This document shows positions 29,644-40,252 of a DNA stretch of 64,000 nt, in pieces. Where the stretch lies: assembly GCA_947085465.1 (NCBI GenBank), contig CAMTWQ010000047.1:3408-67407 (forward strand), written 5' to 3'. This DNA comes from an uncultured Alphaproteobacteria bacterium. GTDB taxonomy: Bacteria; Pseudomonadota; Alphaproteobacteria; UBA11222. The position numbers were made by a program, and so were the translations under genes. A model generated the notes under the pieces. It saw only the letters and a program-made list of their open reading frames with translations, ran no database searches and was not told the origin of the DNA. How positions within the stretch are numbered: position 1 is the stretch's first letter; the number at the start of each line of letters is the position of its first letter.

Positions 29644-30510
29644 TTACCAGGGCGCCAGTCCAATTACCGCCCGCTCAACGCCGCCCAAATCGCAGTATGG
29701 CGGCAATACCGCCAGGCCCTGGGAAAATAACAGCGAAGCTATCTGCGCCGACTGGCCTTGCCCCACTTCAAAAACCACATGGCCGCCACCGGCCAGGAGA
29801 TATTCCATGGAAATGGTTATCAACCGGTAAAAGTCAAGCCCATCGGCGCCGCCCGCCAGCGCCACCCGGGGTTCATGCTGCGCTACTTCCGGCGCCAGAG
29901 CGGTAAAGTCATACTCCGCAAGATAGGGCGGATTGGCAATGAGCAAATCAAACGGGCCGCCGCACTTGGAGCGCCAATCTACGGCGCGCAAATCGCAATG
30001 AATGAATTGCGCGCGCGCGGCAAAGCCAAGCCTGTCCGCATTGGCGTTTGCCGCAAAAAGCGCGCCCATAGAAACATCTGCGCCAACGCCTGTTGCATTG
30101 GGGAATTCCGATAATAACGCCAGCAGCAAACATCCGCTACCCGTGCCGATATCCAGAATTCGTAATGCCCGGTTACGGTCCTTGATCAGATCAAGCGTGG
30201 CGGTGATCAGCGTTTCACTATCGGCGCGCGGATCAAGGGTGTCTCGATTAATCTCGAACTCAAGACTCCAAAATTCACGCCGCCCGGTAATGCGCGACAC
30301 CGGCTCCCGCGCGGCGCGGCGCGCCAGCAGCCCGTTATAAAACGTTTCTTCAGAACGGGTAAGCTGCCGCCCTTCATCACGCAATATTTCCTCAACTGTT
30401 GCGCCCAGCGCATGGGCAAGCAGCAGTCGCGCATCCAGGCCTGGTGAATCGGCGCCCGCACCGCGCAAACTGGCAATCCCCGCGCGTAATGATTCAGAAA
30501 TCGCGGGCAT
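29644..30510 (-). CDS. prmC: release factor glutamine N5-methyltransferase
   Basis: ILDIGTGSGCLLLAL ... LLIANPPYL (the NPPY motif). Lies immediately downstream of prfA with overlapping stop/start. Confidence 0.9.
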   Translation of the reverse strand: MPAISESLRAGIASLRGAGADSPGLDARLLLAHALGATVEEILRDEGRQLTRSEETFYNGLLARRAAREPVSRITGRREFWSLEFEINRDTLDPRADSETLITATLDLIKDRNRALRILDIGTGSGCLLLALLSEFPNATGVGADVSMGALFAANANADRLGFAARAQFIHCDLRAVDWRSKCGGPFDLLIANPPYLAEYDFTALAPEVAQHEPRVALAGGADGLDFYRLITISMEYLLAGGGHVVFEVGQGQSAQIASLLFSQGLAVLPPYCDLGGVERAVIGLAPW

Positions 30511-31592
30511 TAAGCTTCCTCGCCCATCGCCGCCAGCCGCGCCGCCTGATCGTACGCAATCAAGGGGTCTATCAATTCGTCCAAATCCTCGCCGGAGATC
30601 ACGCGGTCAAGCTTATACAACGTCAAATTGATGCGGTGATCGCTGACCCTTCCCTGCGGAAAATTATAGGTGCGGATGCGTTCGGACCTGTCACCGCTGC
30701 CGATCTGGCCCTTACGGTCGGCAGCGCGCTCGGAATCCCGCTGCTGGCGTTCGTTTTCATACAGGCGGGCGCGCAACATGGTCATCGCCTTGGCGCGGTT
30801 TTTATGCTGTGATTTTTCATCCTGACATTGCACGACCGTGCCGGTTGGCACATGGGTGATGCGAATCGCGCTATCGGTGGTGTTCACATGCTGGCCGCCT
30901 GCGCCTTGCGAGCGATAGGTGTCAACGCGCAAATCCTTGTCATCAATATGAATGTCAACTTCTTCGGCCTCGGGCAACACAGCGACAGTCGCCGCCGAAG
31001 TGTGAATGCGCCCCTGGGCTTCTGTTGCGGGAATCCGCTGCACCCGGTGCACGCCGGATTCAAATTTCAGCCGGGCAAAGACATTCTGGCCAGAAATGCT
31101 GGCAATGATTTCCTTATAACCGCCAACATCGCTTTCCGATGCGGACAGGATTTCCAGCTTCCAGCCATGAGCGGCCGCATAGTTCTGATACATGCGGAAC
31201 AGGTCGCCCGCGAACAGCGCCGCCTCGTCGCCGCCGGTGCCCGCCCGCACCTCCAATATCGCGTTCTTGCGGTCCGCCTCATCCTTGGGCGCCAGCAAGA
31301 TCATCAATGCGGTTTCCAGTTCCTCAAGCCTGGCTTGCAATACGCCACGCTCATCCTGCGCCAGGTTGCGCATATCGGCGTCTGTTTCGGGATCATTGAG
31401 CAGCCCTTCAAGCCCTGAGAGCTCATCGCACCCCGCGCGCCAGGCCAGCACACCGGCAGCAACCGGTGACAGTTCCGCATACTCACGCGATAGCGCCACG
31501 AAAGTTTCCGGCGGCAATTGGCCAGCCAGTCGCGCCTCCAATTCTTGGTGGCGCGTGACGACCTCATTCAGTTTCGCTTCGGGGATCAACAC
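30510..31592 (-). CDS. prfA: peptide chain release factor 1
   Basis: [20 protein letters not shown] (the GGQ motif); 360 aa. Confidence 0.95.
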   Translation of the reverse strand: MLIPEAKLNEVVTRHQELEARLAGQLPPETFVALSREYAELSPVAAGVLAWRAGCDELSGLEGLLNDPETDADMRNLAQDERGVLQARLEELETALMILLAPKDEADRKNAILEVRAGTGGDEAALFAGDLFRMYQNYAAAHGWKLEILSASESDVGGYKEIIASISGQNVFARLKFESGVHRVQRIPATEAQGRIHTSAATVAVLPEAEEVDIHIDDKDLRVDTYRSQGAGGQHVNTTDSAIRITHVPTGTVVQCQDEKSQHKNRAKAMTMLRARLYENERQQRDSERAADRKGQIGSGDRSERIRTYNFPQGRVSDHRINLTLYKLDRVISGEDLDELIDPLIAYDQAARLAAMGEEA

Positions 31593-31607
31593 TTTTATTT
31601 GCCGGAG

Positions 31608-32729
31608 TTAATGTGCAATTGTTCCGGTGGCCTGCATGGTTGCCGCCTTCGCCTCGACCAACTCAACAATATGGTCAACCAGCCGCGCATTTTCCATTTT
31701 ATGATCGGGGACGCCCGCCACATAGACCATGCCGGATCCGGCGCCGCCGCCGGTAAATCCAATATCGGTTTCGCGCGCCTCACCGGGGCCATTCACCACA
31801 CAGCCCATGATCGACAACGTGACCGGCTGTGAAATATGCGCCAGCCGCTGCTCAAGCGCGGCAACCGTCTTAATCACATCAAAGCCTTGCCGGGCGCAGG
31901 AAGGGCAGGCGATGATGTTAACGCCGCGATGGCGCAAGCCAAGCGCTTTCAGCATTTCAAAGCCAACTTTAATTTCCTCAACCGGGTCCGCAGACAGCGA
32001 CACCCGGATGGTGTCGCCGATCCCCGCCCACAGCAGCATACCCATGCCGATCGAGCTTTTAACCGAGCCCGTCATCAGCCCGCCCGCCTCGGTGATGCCG
32101 AGATGCAGTGGAAAATCACCGGCCTCTGCTAGCGCCTGATACGCAGCCACGGCAAGAAACACATCAGACGCCTTGACGCTGATTTTATATTCGCGGAAAT
32201 CATGCTCTTCTAAAATATTCGCGTGGTACAGGGCGCTTTCCACCATCGCGGCGGGGCAAGGCTCGCCATACTTTTCCAGCAGGTTGCGTTCGAGCGATCC
32301 AGCATTTACGCCAATGCGGATCGAACAGCCATGATCGCGCGCAGCCTGAATAACCTCGCGCACCCGGTCTTTGCTGCCGATATTGCCAGGGTTAATGCGC
32401 AGGCACGCCGCGCCCGCCTCCGCCGCCTCGATAGCGCGGCGGTAGTGAAAATGAATATCCGCGACAATCGGCACATTGGCCTCACGCACAATCGTCTTCA
32501 GCGCATGGGTGGCGTCCGCATCCGGGCATGACACCCGGACAATGTCAGCGCCCGCCAATTCCAAGGCGCGAATTTGCGCCAGCGTCGCCGTTGCGTCACC
32601 GGTAATCGTGTTAGTCATTGATTGCACGCTAATCGGCGCATCGCCGCCCACAGGCACCTTGCCGACAAACACCTGGCGGGATTTGCGGCGCTGAATATCG
32701 CGGTATGGCCTCAAGCTCATGTAATTCAT
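31608..32729 (-). CDS. ispG: 4-hydroxy-3-methylbut-2-en-1-yl diphosphate synthase (flavodoxin)
   Basis: [29 protein letters not shown]-terminus and C-terminal CxxC...C cluster motifs ([20 protein letters not shown]). Confidence 0.9.
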   Translation of the reverse strand: MNYMSLRPYRDIQRRKSRQVFVGKVPVGGDAPISVQSMTNTITGDATATLAQIRALELAGADIVRVSCPDADATHALKTIVREANVPIVADIHFHYRRAIEAAEAGAACLRINPGNIGSKDRVREVIQAARDHGCSIRIGVNAGSLERNLLEKYGEPCPAAMVESALYHANILEEHDFREYKISVKASDVFLAVAAYQALAEAGDFPLHLGITEAGGLMTGSVKSSIGMGMLLWAGIGDTIRVSLSADPVEEIKVGFEMLKALGLRHRGVNIIACPSCARQGFDVIKTVAALEQRLAHISQPVTLSIMGCVVNGPGEARETDIGFTGGGAGSGMVYVAGVPDHKMENARLVDHIVELVEAKAATMQATGTIAH

Positions 32730-32781
32730 CTCAGGCGGCAGGAATGCATACCCGCTATATAGCAGTGAACTAGAAAGACTG

Positions 32782-33879
32782 CTAGCGGCTGCCGGTTGCG
32801 ATCAGGCTTTCTGGATCCAGCGGTAAGGCGCGCACAATTGCGCCGCGCGGCCCAATCGACGGCATGGCTTGACCATTCACATACACTTCAAGCGCACCGG
32901 CATTTCCTGTCATCAAGCTCAGGCCGGGTTCATTTGGTGGAATATATTCCTCACCCGCATGTAATACCCGCGATATCAGCACGGCCCCATTGGCGCGTGA
33001 AACCTGAATCCAGGAATCAGCACGCGCGCGCAGCATGATGCTAGAGGGCTGAATCGCCGATGGCGGCATAAGAGATGGCTGCGATGGCGCCAAAGGCTCT
33101 GGCGCAATAGCTGACTCAGGTGATGCGCCGGAGGATTCTGGCAACGGCGCACGAACGGGTTTAGGACGCGGCATAAGGCTGATTTCGGCGGGGTCCGTTC
33201 CGTCCAGGTTATTTTCCTCTGTTTGAGGAAGCGCCGCCTGGGAATCCACCTCCGGCGCCGAATCAGCGCCGCCAAACTCAAGTTCAACGGGCGCAGGCGT
33301 GGTGTCCGGGGACACCGCTTCATCCGCCGCATCCGTGGCTGGCGCTATATCCGTATCAAGCGGGGTTGGCGGGGCTAGCGGGGTTAGCGGGACAGGCGCC
33401 GCCACATCACTGGCAGGCGCCTCACTTAGTGCAACGGGCGGCGCCTCGCCGGCAGGGGCCATCTCAACCGTGCGGCTAGAAAGCGAGTTAACATACCAGA
33501 TTCCATACACAACCACAGCCATCAGCAGCGCAGCCCAAAGTAGCGCTCTGCTGGGGCTCCGCTCATCGCCAGGAGGCTGGGGAAATATCAACCCCCTTGA
33601 ACTGTCTATATCGGCTAATTCCAGCTTGAGGCGGCGCACAACCTCACCGCTATCCAGTTCCAGGTAATCCGCATAGGCCCGAACAAAACCGATAGCGTAA
33701 GCCGGCGCAGGGAGATCACTAAATCGCCCTTCCTCAATCGCCTGCAAATTATGTTCTGCAATTCGGAGCTCGACCGATATCTCATTAATCAACCGGCCGG
33801 ATTTCTCCCGCGCCGAACGCAAAACTTGACCGGCCCCATAAGTGGCGCTCGCAGGCGTCGTTGAATCGCTAATGCTCAC
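32782..33879 (-). CDS. rodZ: RodZ-like cytoskeleton protein (N-terminal HTH, TM, Pro-rich linker, DUF4115-like C-terminus)
   Basis: N-terminal XRE-type HTH, a single TM ([19 protein letters not shown]) and a Pro/Ala/Glu-rich linker. Conserved rodZ-ispG adjacency. Confidence 0.65.
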   Translation of the reverse strand: MSISDSTTPASATYGAGQVLRSAREKSGRLINEISVELRIAEHNLQAIEEGRFSDLPAPAYAIGFVRAYADYLELDSGEVVRRLKLELADIDSSRGLIFPQPPGDERSPSRALLWAALLMAVVVYGIWYVNSLSSRTVEMAPAGEAPPVALSEAPASDVAAPVPLTPLAPPTPLDTDIAPATDAADEAVSPDTTPAPVELEFGGADSAPEVDSQAALPQTEENNLDGTDPAEISLMPRPKPVRAPLPESSGASPESAIAPEPLAPSQPSLMPPSAIQPSSIMLRARADSWIQVSRANGAVLISRVLHAGEEYIPPNEPGLSLMTGNAGALEVYVNGQAMPSIGPRGAIVRALPLDPESLIATGSR

Positions 33880-34039
33880 CCCGTGTCACGTCCTTAAAAA
33901 CGGCGTCACCAAGCCATAAACCCCGTGCTGCAGGTCACCCGATGCTTTTTGACAATGCTGCGCCGCTGCAACCTAAACCAGTCATAACACGCATACAGCG
34001 TCACAGATAAATCATGAAGGGGGAATAGTTAATATGCGC

Positions 34040-36310
34040 CTAAATCGGAATTTCATGGCGCCCGGCAAATTCAAGCAACCTGCCCCTCACATCATCACGG
34101 CTAGAAACCAGAGCCTCATCCAGCAGTTCCGTCACTGCCCCTACATGTAGATGCATCAACATGAGTTTTACCGGACCGATGGACATTGGGGACATGGAGA
34201 GGTTGCGAAATCCTAATCCTATCAATGCCATAGCTTCTATCGGCCGACTGGCGAGCTCACCGCATACGCCCGCCGGCACCCCGTGCGTATCACATTCGCG
34301 CACAATCTGGCGCAACAGCCGTAGCGCCGCCAGACTCAGTTGGTCATAGCGCCCTGCCAATTTTGGATTTGACCGGTCATAGGCAAAGAAAAATTGCAGC
34401 AGATCATTGGAGCCAACCGAGATAAAATCAACAACCGGCAGCAAACGATCCAGTTGCCACACCAGCGAGGGCACTTCCAGCATCGCGCCAATGCGCAGTT
34501 TTATTGGCGGCTGCCGGCCAAGCCGGGTTATGCGTACAAGTTCAAGCTCCACCAATTCGCGCGCCTGCAGAAACTCCGAGACTTCGCTGATCATTGGAAA
34601 CATCAGGTTCAGCTCACGCCCGGCGCCCGCAGCCAGTAGTGCGCGCAATTGATAGCGCAGCAAGCTGGGCCGCTCCATGGCAAGCCGCGTGCCGCGCCAG
34701 CCCAGCGCTGGATTTTCCTCGCCCCGCTGCCGCAAATAGGGAAGTTTCTTGTCCGCGCCCACATCAAGCGTACGAAACAGCACCGGCCGCGCACCAGCCG
34801 TATCCAATACGCGCGCATAGACGGCGCGCTGCGCCTCAAAGCGTGGAAACGCCGAGGAAATCAAAAATTGCAACTCGGTGCGGAACAAGCCAATGCCGTC
34901 GGCGCCGGTGTCGGCAAGATGCGGCAGATCGACAACCAGCCCGGAATTAATATTAAGATATATTCGCACCGCGTCTTTTGTCACCGCTGGCTTGCCGACC
35001 AGCGCATCGAACTGCGCCTGTTTGCGCGCGCGAATGGCAATCCGCTCCTCATACGCTGCCACCACGTCCTCAGGCGGATGTATATAAACCGCGCCTGAAT
35101 CCCCATCGACAAGGATCGTGTCATTTGCCTCGACCCAATCCAGAACATCAGAGGCGCCGCCAACCATGGGTATTTCCAGCGCCCGTGCGACTATCACCAC
35201 ATGAGCGGTGTGCGAGCCTTCTTCCAGCACAATGCCGGCCAGTTTTCCGCGATCATAGTCCAGCAGTTCCGCTGGCCCCATGCTGCGCGCAATAATAACC
35301 GCCTTATCCGGCAACTGATCCGCAGACGGAACATGCATCTGACCCGTCAGATGCCGCAGCAGCCGGTTGGCCAGATCATCAAGGTCCAGCAATCGCTCGC
35401 GCAAATAAGGGTCGCTGACGCGCTGCATGCGGGCGCGATTTTCCATTTGCACCCGCTCGGCCGCCGCCGCAGCGGTAAGGCCCGAAGCAACCGCTTCATG
35501 CAAGCGCGTTGTCCAGCCGCGGTCACGGGCGAACATTTGATAGGCTTCGAGCACTTCGCGATGTTCGCCAGCGCGTGCGATTCCTTCGCCCGACAACATC
35601 TCATCAACCGAGTTTTGCAAAGCCGCGAGCGCCTCATCAAGACGCTGCCGTTCGGCTTCTGGATCCATCGCAATGATCTGCGACATATCGACACGCGGGT
35701 CATGCAATACGGCCTTGCCTAACACGATCCCCTCGGCCAGGCCGGTCCCATGCGCCCTGTGTGTGCGAGGTCCAGATAGGGGCAAACCAGGCGCCGACGC
35801 CTTGGCGTCGCTCAACACACCGCTCGCCACCACCTCCGCCAGCACCATGGCGACTGTTTGCATGGTTTCGATTTCTTCTTCCTCGTACTGGCGCATGGTG
35901 CGGTTTTGCACCACCAGAACGCCAATCACGCGACCGCCGCGCAACATCGGAACGCCCATCAAGGACTTATAAATTTCTTCGCCGGTTTCAGGCCGGTAGG
36001 CGAATTTCGGGTGCGATTGCGCATCAGGCAGCGCGATATACTCGGCTGTCTCGGCGATCAGGCCGACCAGGCCTTCGCCAATATTCAGATGTGTCTGGTG
36101 AACGGCTTGCGGGTTAAGGCCCTCGGTGGCGAATAGTTCCAGTATATTTCCCGGGCGCGGCAGATAGAGCGAACACACCTCGGCGACCATATTGGCGGCA
36201 ATGGCGCGCACGACTTCGTTTAGCCGTGTCTGTGTGTCCCGCGGCTCCGCCATAATCTCGCGCAGACGCCGGAGCAGCACACGCGGACCACCTATGGAGC
36301 CCTGCGCCAC
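34040..36310 (-). CDS. ptsP: phosphoenolpyruvate-protein phosphotransferase PtsP (EI-Ntr), GAF-PEP-utilizing
   Basis: 756 aa: N-terminal GAF domain plus EI domains (GGRTSHAAI-like GSHTAHVVIVARALEIPMV; NDLLQF). Confidence 0.9.
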   Translation of the reverse strand: MAQGSIGGPRVLLRRLREIMAEPRDTQTRLNEVVRAIAANMVAEVCSLYLPRPGNILELFATEGLNPQAVHQTHLNIGEGLVGLIAETAEYIALPDAQSHPKFAYRPETGEEIYKSLMGVPMLRGGRVIGVLVVQNRTMRQYEEEEIETMQTVAMVLAEVVASGVLSDAKASAPGLPLSGPRTHRAHGTGLAEGIVLGKAVLHDPRVDMSQIIAMDPEAERQRLDEALAALQNSVDEMLSGEGIARAGEHREVLEAYQMFARDRGWTTRLHEAVASGLTAAAAAERVQMENRARMQRVSDPYLRERLLDLDDLANRLLRHLTGQMHVPSADQLPDKAVIIARSMGPAELLDYDRGKLAGIVLEEGSHTAHVVIVARALEIPMVGGASDVLDWVEANDTILVDGDSGAVYIHPPEDVVAAYEERIAIRARKQAQFDALVGKPAVTKDAVRIYLNINSGLVVDLPHLADTGADGIGLFRTELQFLISSAFPRFEAQRAVYARVLDTAGARPVLFRTLDVGADKKLPYLRQRGEENPALGWRGTRLAMERPSLLRYQLRALLAAGAGRELNLMFPMISEVSEFLQARELVELELVRITRLGRQPPIKLRIGAMLEVPSLVWQLDRLLPVVDFISVGSNDLLQFFFAYDRSNPKLAGRYDQLSLAALRLLRQIVRECDTHGVPAGVCGELASRPIEAMALIGLGFRNLSMSPMSIGPVKLMLMHLHVGAVTELLDEALVSSRDDVRGRLLEFAGRHEIPI

Positions 36311-36354
36311 TAACCCGTTTCCCGGAGAATATGCCGCGTCACTTGCAACATGGA

Positions 36355-37581
36355 TTAGGCCGCATCAAGATCAAACGCAGAATGCAACGCGCGCACCGCC
36401 AATTCGGCATACTCCAAAGCAATCAGTACGCTGACTTTAATCTCAGAGGTTGAGATAACCTGAATATTGATGCCTTTTTCCGCCAGCGCCCTGAACATCC
36501 GCGTGGCGACCCCCGCATGGCTGCGCATGCCAACGCCAATGACCGAAACCTTCACCACATTGGGATCCCTCAACAACCGCGCAAAGCCAAGCTGGGCCTG
36601 CAAGCCGCTGATTAAACTGGCGGCGCGCTCAAGATCGGCGCGCCCAACCGTAAACGTCATGTCGGTGGATTTTCCGTCCTCCGACACGTTTTGGACGATC
36701 ATATCGACATTGACATTGGCGTCAGCGAGCGGGCCAAAAATACTGGCGGCCACGCCCGGCCGGTCGGCAACCCGGATCAATGTAATCTTCGCCTCGTCCT
36801 TGGAGTAAGCGATGCCGCTGACGACTTCCTGTTCCACGATTTCTCCTTCCTCGCATACAAGCGTGCCGGGCTTGTCCTCGAAACTGGACAACACCTGCAC
36901 CCGCACATTATGCACCATTGCCAATTCAACCGAGCGGGTCTGTAAAACTTTAGCCCCAAGCGAAGCCATTTCCAGCATCTCTTCATAGGTAATTTTATCG
37001 AGCTTGCGCGCTTTGGAGACGATCCGCGGATCGGCGGTGAACACCCCCTCAACATCGGTGAAAATATCGCAGCGTTCCGCGCCAAGCGCCGCCGCCAGCG
37101 CCACGGCGCTGGTGTCGGAACCGCCGCGCCCAAGCGTGCTGATCCGTTGATCCGGCCCAACGCCCTGAAAACCGCACACTACCGCAACTTGCCGCTGCAC
37201 CAAGCTCGCCGCCAGCTGCGATGAGTCGATTTCCAGTATCCTGGCCGAACCATGCACTGCCGAGGTGCGGATCGGCACCTGCCAGCCAAGCCACGAACGC
37301 GACTGCAAGCCAAGGGTTTGCAGAGCCAGCGCCAGCAACCCAGCGGTGACCTGTTCACCAGTGGCCACAATCTGGTCATACTCGCGCATGTCAGGCAGCG
37401 TTGCGGCCTCATTCGCCCAGGCAACCAGTTGATTGGTGACGCCAGACATGGCCGAGACCACCACCGTCACCTCATAACCGGCATCCACCTCGCGTTTGAC
37501 ACGGGCGGCCACCGCGCGAATGCGCACCATATCTGCGACCGAGGTGCCACCGAATTTCATGACCAGACGGGCCATCTGCAA
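36355..37581 (-). CDS. lysC: aspartate kinase
   Basis: KFGGTSVAD ... VVVSAMSGVTNQLV plus C-terminal ACT domains; 408 aa. Confidence 0.9.
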   Translation of the reverse strand: MQMARLVMKFGGTSVADMVRIRAVAARVKREVDAGYEVTVVVSAMSGVTNQLVAWANEAATLPDMREYDQIVATGEQVTAGLLALALQTLGLQSRSWLGWQVPIRTSAVHGSARILEIDSSQLAASLVQRQVAVVCGFQGVGPDQRISTLGRGGSDTSAVALAAALGAERCDIFTDVEGVFTADPRIVSKARKLDKITYEEMLEMASLGAKVLQTRSVELAMVHNVRVQVLSSFEDKPGTLVCEEGEIVEQEVVSGIAYSKDEAKITLIRVADRPGVAASIFGPLADANVNVDMIVQNVSEDGKSTDMTFTVGRADLERAASLISGLQAQLGFARLLRDPNVVKVSVIGVGMRSHAGVATRMFRALAEKGINIQVISTSEIKVSVLIALEYAELAVRALHSAFDLDAA

Positions 37582-37630
37582 ACTTCTCGCTATAACATAG
37601 GCTGCTCGCTTTACGGCCGCTTAGCCACAC

Positions 37631-37776
37631 TAGACCATTTCCTGATCGGATTGATTCAATCCGATCAGGAAATGGTCTAATACATTCACTTAGAGCCTTT
37701 CTTGTCCGGCCAGGTTGGTCTCGCCACGGCGAAGCCGTAGGCGTAGCCGGGTCAACCTGACCGGGAAAGGCTCTAG
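37631..37776. repeat. compound palindromic repeat: a 49-bp perfect palindrome (tagaccatttcctgatcggattg|attcaatccgatcaggaaatggtcta) followed by an 86-bp hairpin element with tagagcctttc termini
   Basis: Read directly. Sits in the divergent lysC-ubiG intergenic region and is related to 13514-13545. Confidence 0.65.
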
Positions 37777-37920
37777 CCAAAATAATGCAAAAGCCGCGCC
37801 AGCGGCGTGACTTATGGCATTACCAGCATGACGCAACTTGCCGCGCGAACGGGAGCTATCCATACTGAATTGATTGGCATGGTACAATACGATGAAATAT
37901 GAATATTAGGTTAGTGATTC

Positions 37921-38694
37921 ATGACCCGCTCACCCCCTGCAACCGCCTTGAACACGAGCATTGACCCGGATGAAGTGGCGCGCTTTTCGGCACTGGCCGG
38001 GCAATGGTGGGATCCGAATGGGGCTTTTCGGCCCCTGCACAAATTCAATCCGGCCAGGCTAGGCTATATTCACAGCCAGGTATGCGGGCATTTTGGCCGT
38101 GACGGAACTGGTTCCATGCCGTTTCTAGGCCTGCGGGTGCTTGACATTGGTTGCGGCGGCGGCCTGGTGAGCGAGCCTATGGCGCGGCTTGGCGCCGATG
38201 TCCTGGGCGCGGACGCCTCGGCCCAGAACATCGGAGCGGCTAGCGCCCACGCCAGCGCTCAGGGGCTGCCCATCGATTACCGGCAGACCAGCGCCGAGCA
38301 ATTGGCGCAGCAAAATGAGAGTTTCGAGGTCATTCTCAACCTTGAGGTCATCGAGCATGTGCTCAACCCAGCGCTGTTTATCGCCGATTGCGCCAGGCTG
38401 CTGCGGCCCGGCGGGCTGATGATCATCGCCACCCTTAACCGTACACTGAAATCCTATGCGCTAGCGGTGATCGGGGCTGAGTACGTGTTGGGATGGGTGC
38501 CGCGCGGCACCCATGATTGGAGCAAATTCATTACCCCCGTGGAAATGCGTGCGCTCCTCGTCAAGGCGAGGCTGGAAGTTACCGGCGCTACGGGGGTTAG
38601 CTATCATCCGCTTTCTGGGCGCTGGTCACTCAATAGCGATCTTGAGGTGAATTACATGATGAGCGCGGCCATGCCTGCGCAATCAGGGCCCTAA
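37921..38694 (+). CDS. ubiG: bifunctional 3-demethylubiquinone / 2-polyprenyl-6-hydroxyphenol O-methyltransferase
   Basis: VLDIGCGGGLVSEPMARLGADV SAM motif. UbiG-typical length, with the alphaproteobacterial lysC-ubiG neighbourhood. Confidence 0.88.
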   Translation: MTRSPPATALNTSIDPDEVARFSALAGQWWDPNGAFRPLHKFNPARLGYIHSQVCGHFGRDGTGSMPFLGLRVLDIGCGGGLVSEPMARLGADVLGADASAQNIGAASAHASAQGLPIDYRQTSAEQLAQQNESFEVILNLEVIEHVLNPALFIADCARLLRPGGLMIIATLNRTLKSYALAVIGAEYVLGWVPRGTHDWSKFITPVEMRALLVKARLEVTGATGVSYHPLSGRWSLNSDLEVNYMMSAAMPAQSGP

Positions 38695-39116
38695 TTCTCA
38701 AGATCGGCCCAGGGCAAAGCGGCAATCTCGATGCCCTCTTCACGCAAAGCGGTGACTTGCGCGGGCGTGGCGTCACCATGGATATTGCGCTCATCGGTTT
38801 CGCCATAGTGGATTTTGCGCGCTTCTTCAGTAAATTTTTCACCGACATGTTCGGAGTTTTGCTCTACATGCCGGCGCACCTGTTGCAGGAATTTGCGCAT
38901 TTCCAACTGTCCCCGCGCCGCCATCACCGCGCTGTTTTCCTTGCGGTTGCTTTTATGGCCAATATTGGGCGCCATGATCCCCTTGCTGACCTTTGCCGAG
39001 CCGCACACGGGACACGCAAGCTCCCCCTTTGCCGACTGGGTGTCAAACGCCGCCATGTTAGGGAACCACCCTTCAAACACATGTTCTTTATTGCAGGTCA
39101 GATCGTAACGGATCAT
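38691..39116 (-). CDS. DUF1178 zinc-ribbon protein
   Basis: MIRYDLTCNKEHVFEGWF...CPVCGS pattern. Confidence 0.65.
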   Translation of the reverse strand: MIRYDLTCNKEHVFEGWFPNMAAFDTQSAKGELACPVCGSAKVSKGIMAPNIGHKSNRKENSAVMAARGQLEMRKFLQQVRRHVEQNSEHVGEKFTEEARKIHYGETDERNIHGDATPAQVTALREEGIEIAALPWADLEN

Positions 39117-39139
39117 TCGGGGCCCATATTGCTTGAATT

Positions 39140-40246
39140 TTACACAGCCTTGCGAGGCTGTATATTACCCGCACTAAGTTTGCCGCGCCAATGATCAAGT
39201 GTGGCAGTGGCGCGTTCCCCGGTCAATGTGTCAAACAGGCTGCATATCGTTTGCAGGCGGGCGGCCGGAACCGCCTTGCCCGTGCGGCCGCGCTCCAGCA
39301 GCAACATTGCCGTGGCGAACTGGCTCCGGTCCGCCCCGATGGCCCGGCAAAGCACCGCCAGGCCTTGCCCTTCGCTCTCAAAGGAGAGATTAGCCACCGT
39401 ATTTGTTTCAAGGCCGGTAAGCGCCGCCATGCCCTCAAGGAATAAATTCAGCCGCTTTTCGCGCAAAAATGCAATGACGCGCGTGACGCTCAATTCACCG
39501 CTTGCGTGCATCTTGGCGATTAACGCCTGCGCCTTGTTATTTGTCGCCGCAGCGGCAGGCGCCTCAGAGGGAGGCGTTTGAAAATCGCCAAGGGCGCCAT
39601 CTATGGATGCGGGATCGATCTCGAATCTTGAGAGTATTTCTTTTTTCAGCGCCGCCGAAACGAATGACAACATTTTTTGGGCCAGCTTTTCAGGAATATC
39701 CGCGCGCTCAACCAACGGCCCGCGCAGCTCTTTCAGGGACTCGCTTTCTGCAACCATATACGCCATCGCCGTCTCGGCAATTTCCGCACTCTGGTTCTTG
39801 GCCAGCGCCACCAGCACATCTGGCTCCCCGGTATTAACCAGCACAGTGGTCACCGCCGCGGTAATCCCCGAACGCATTGCGGTGCGCATACGGTGCTCAC
39901 GGGTTTTCCCGTTTATGATCGCAATCAAATCCTGCTCGTCCAGCAGCGGGCTATGCGCGATAACCGGTGACGCCACCAATATTTCATCGAGCATCAGCGC
40001 CTGAATCAGCTCTTTCGGGGCAAGCGGGCTATGCGCCAGCCGCTCAGCCAGGCGGCCCCTGACTTCTACTTCAAACGAGCGCGTTAGCCGGATGAGAATA
40101 TGCCCGGCAATTTCTTTTTCTTCCGGTTTAAGTGTGTGATTTGGCGTGAGGCAAAGATCAATAAGCTCATCTGACAATGCTTCCCGTGACTGCTGACTTA
40201 CATCGGCGGCAAGCGCGACGAGTCTCTGAATCCCCGCGTCACTCAT
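39140..40246 (-). CDS. DUF2336 domain protein (paralog 1)
   Basis: All-helical 368-aa protein, paralogous to the adjacent gene, with shared blocks EKEIAGHILIRL, DEILVASPVIAHSPLL-EQDLI and ASGELSVTRVIAFLRE. Confidence 0.65.
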   Translation of the reverse strand: MSDAGIQRLVALAADVSQQSREALSDELIDLCLTPNHTLKPEEKEIAGHILIRLTRSFEVEVRGRLAERLAHSPLAPKELIQALMLDEILVASPVIAHSPLLDEQDLIAIINGKTREHRMRTAMRSGITAAVTTVLVNTGEPDVLVALAKNQSAEIAETAMAYMVAESESLKELRGPLVERADIPEKLAQKMLSFVSAALKKEILSRFEIDPASIDGALGDFQTPPSEAPAAAATNNKAQALIAKMHASGELSVTRVIAFLREKRLNLFLEGMAALTGLETNTVANLSFESEGQGLAVLCRAIGADRSQFATAMLLLERGRTGKAVPAARLQTICSLFDTLTGERATATLDHWRGKLSAGNIQPRKAV

Positions 40247-40252
40247 AAACTA

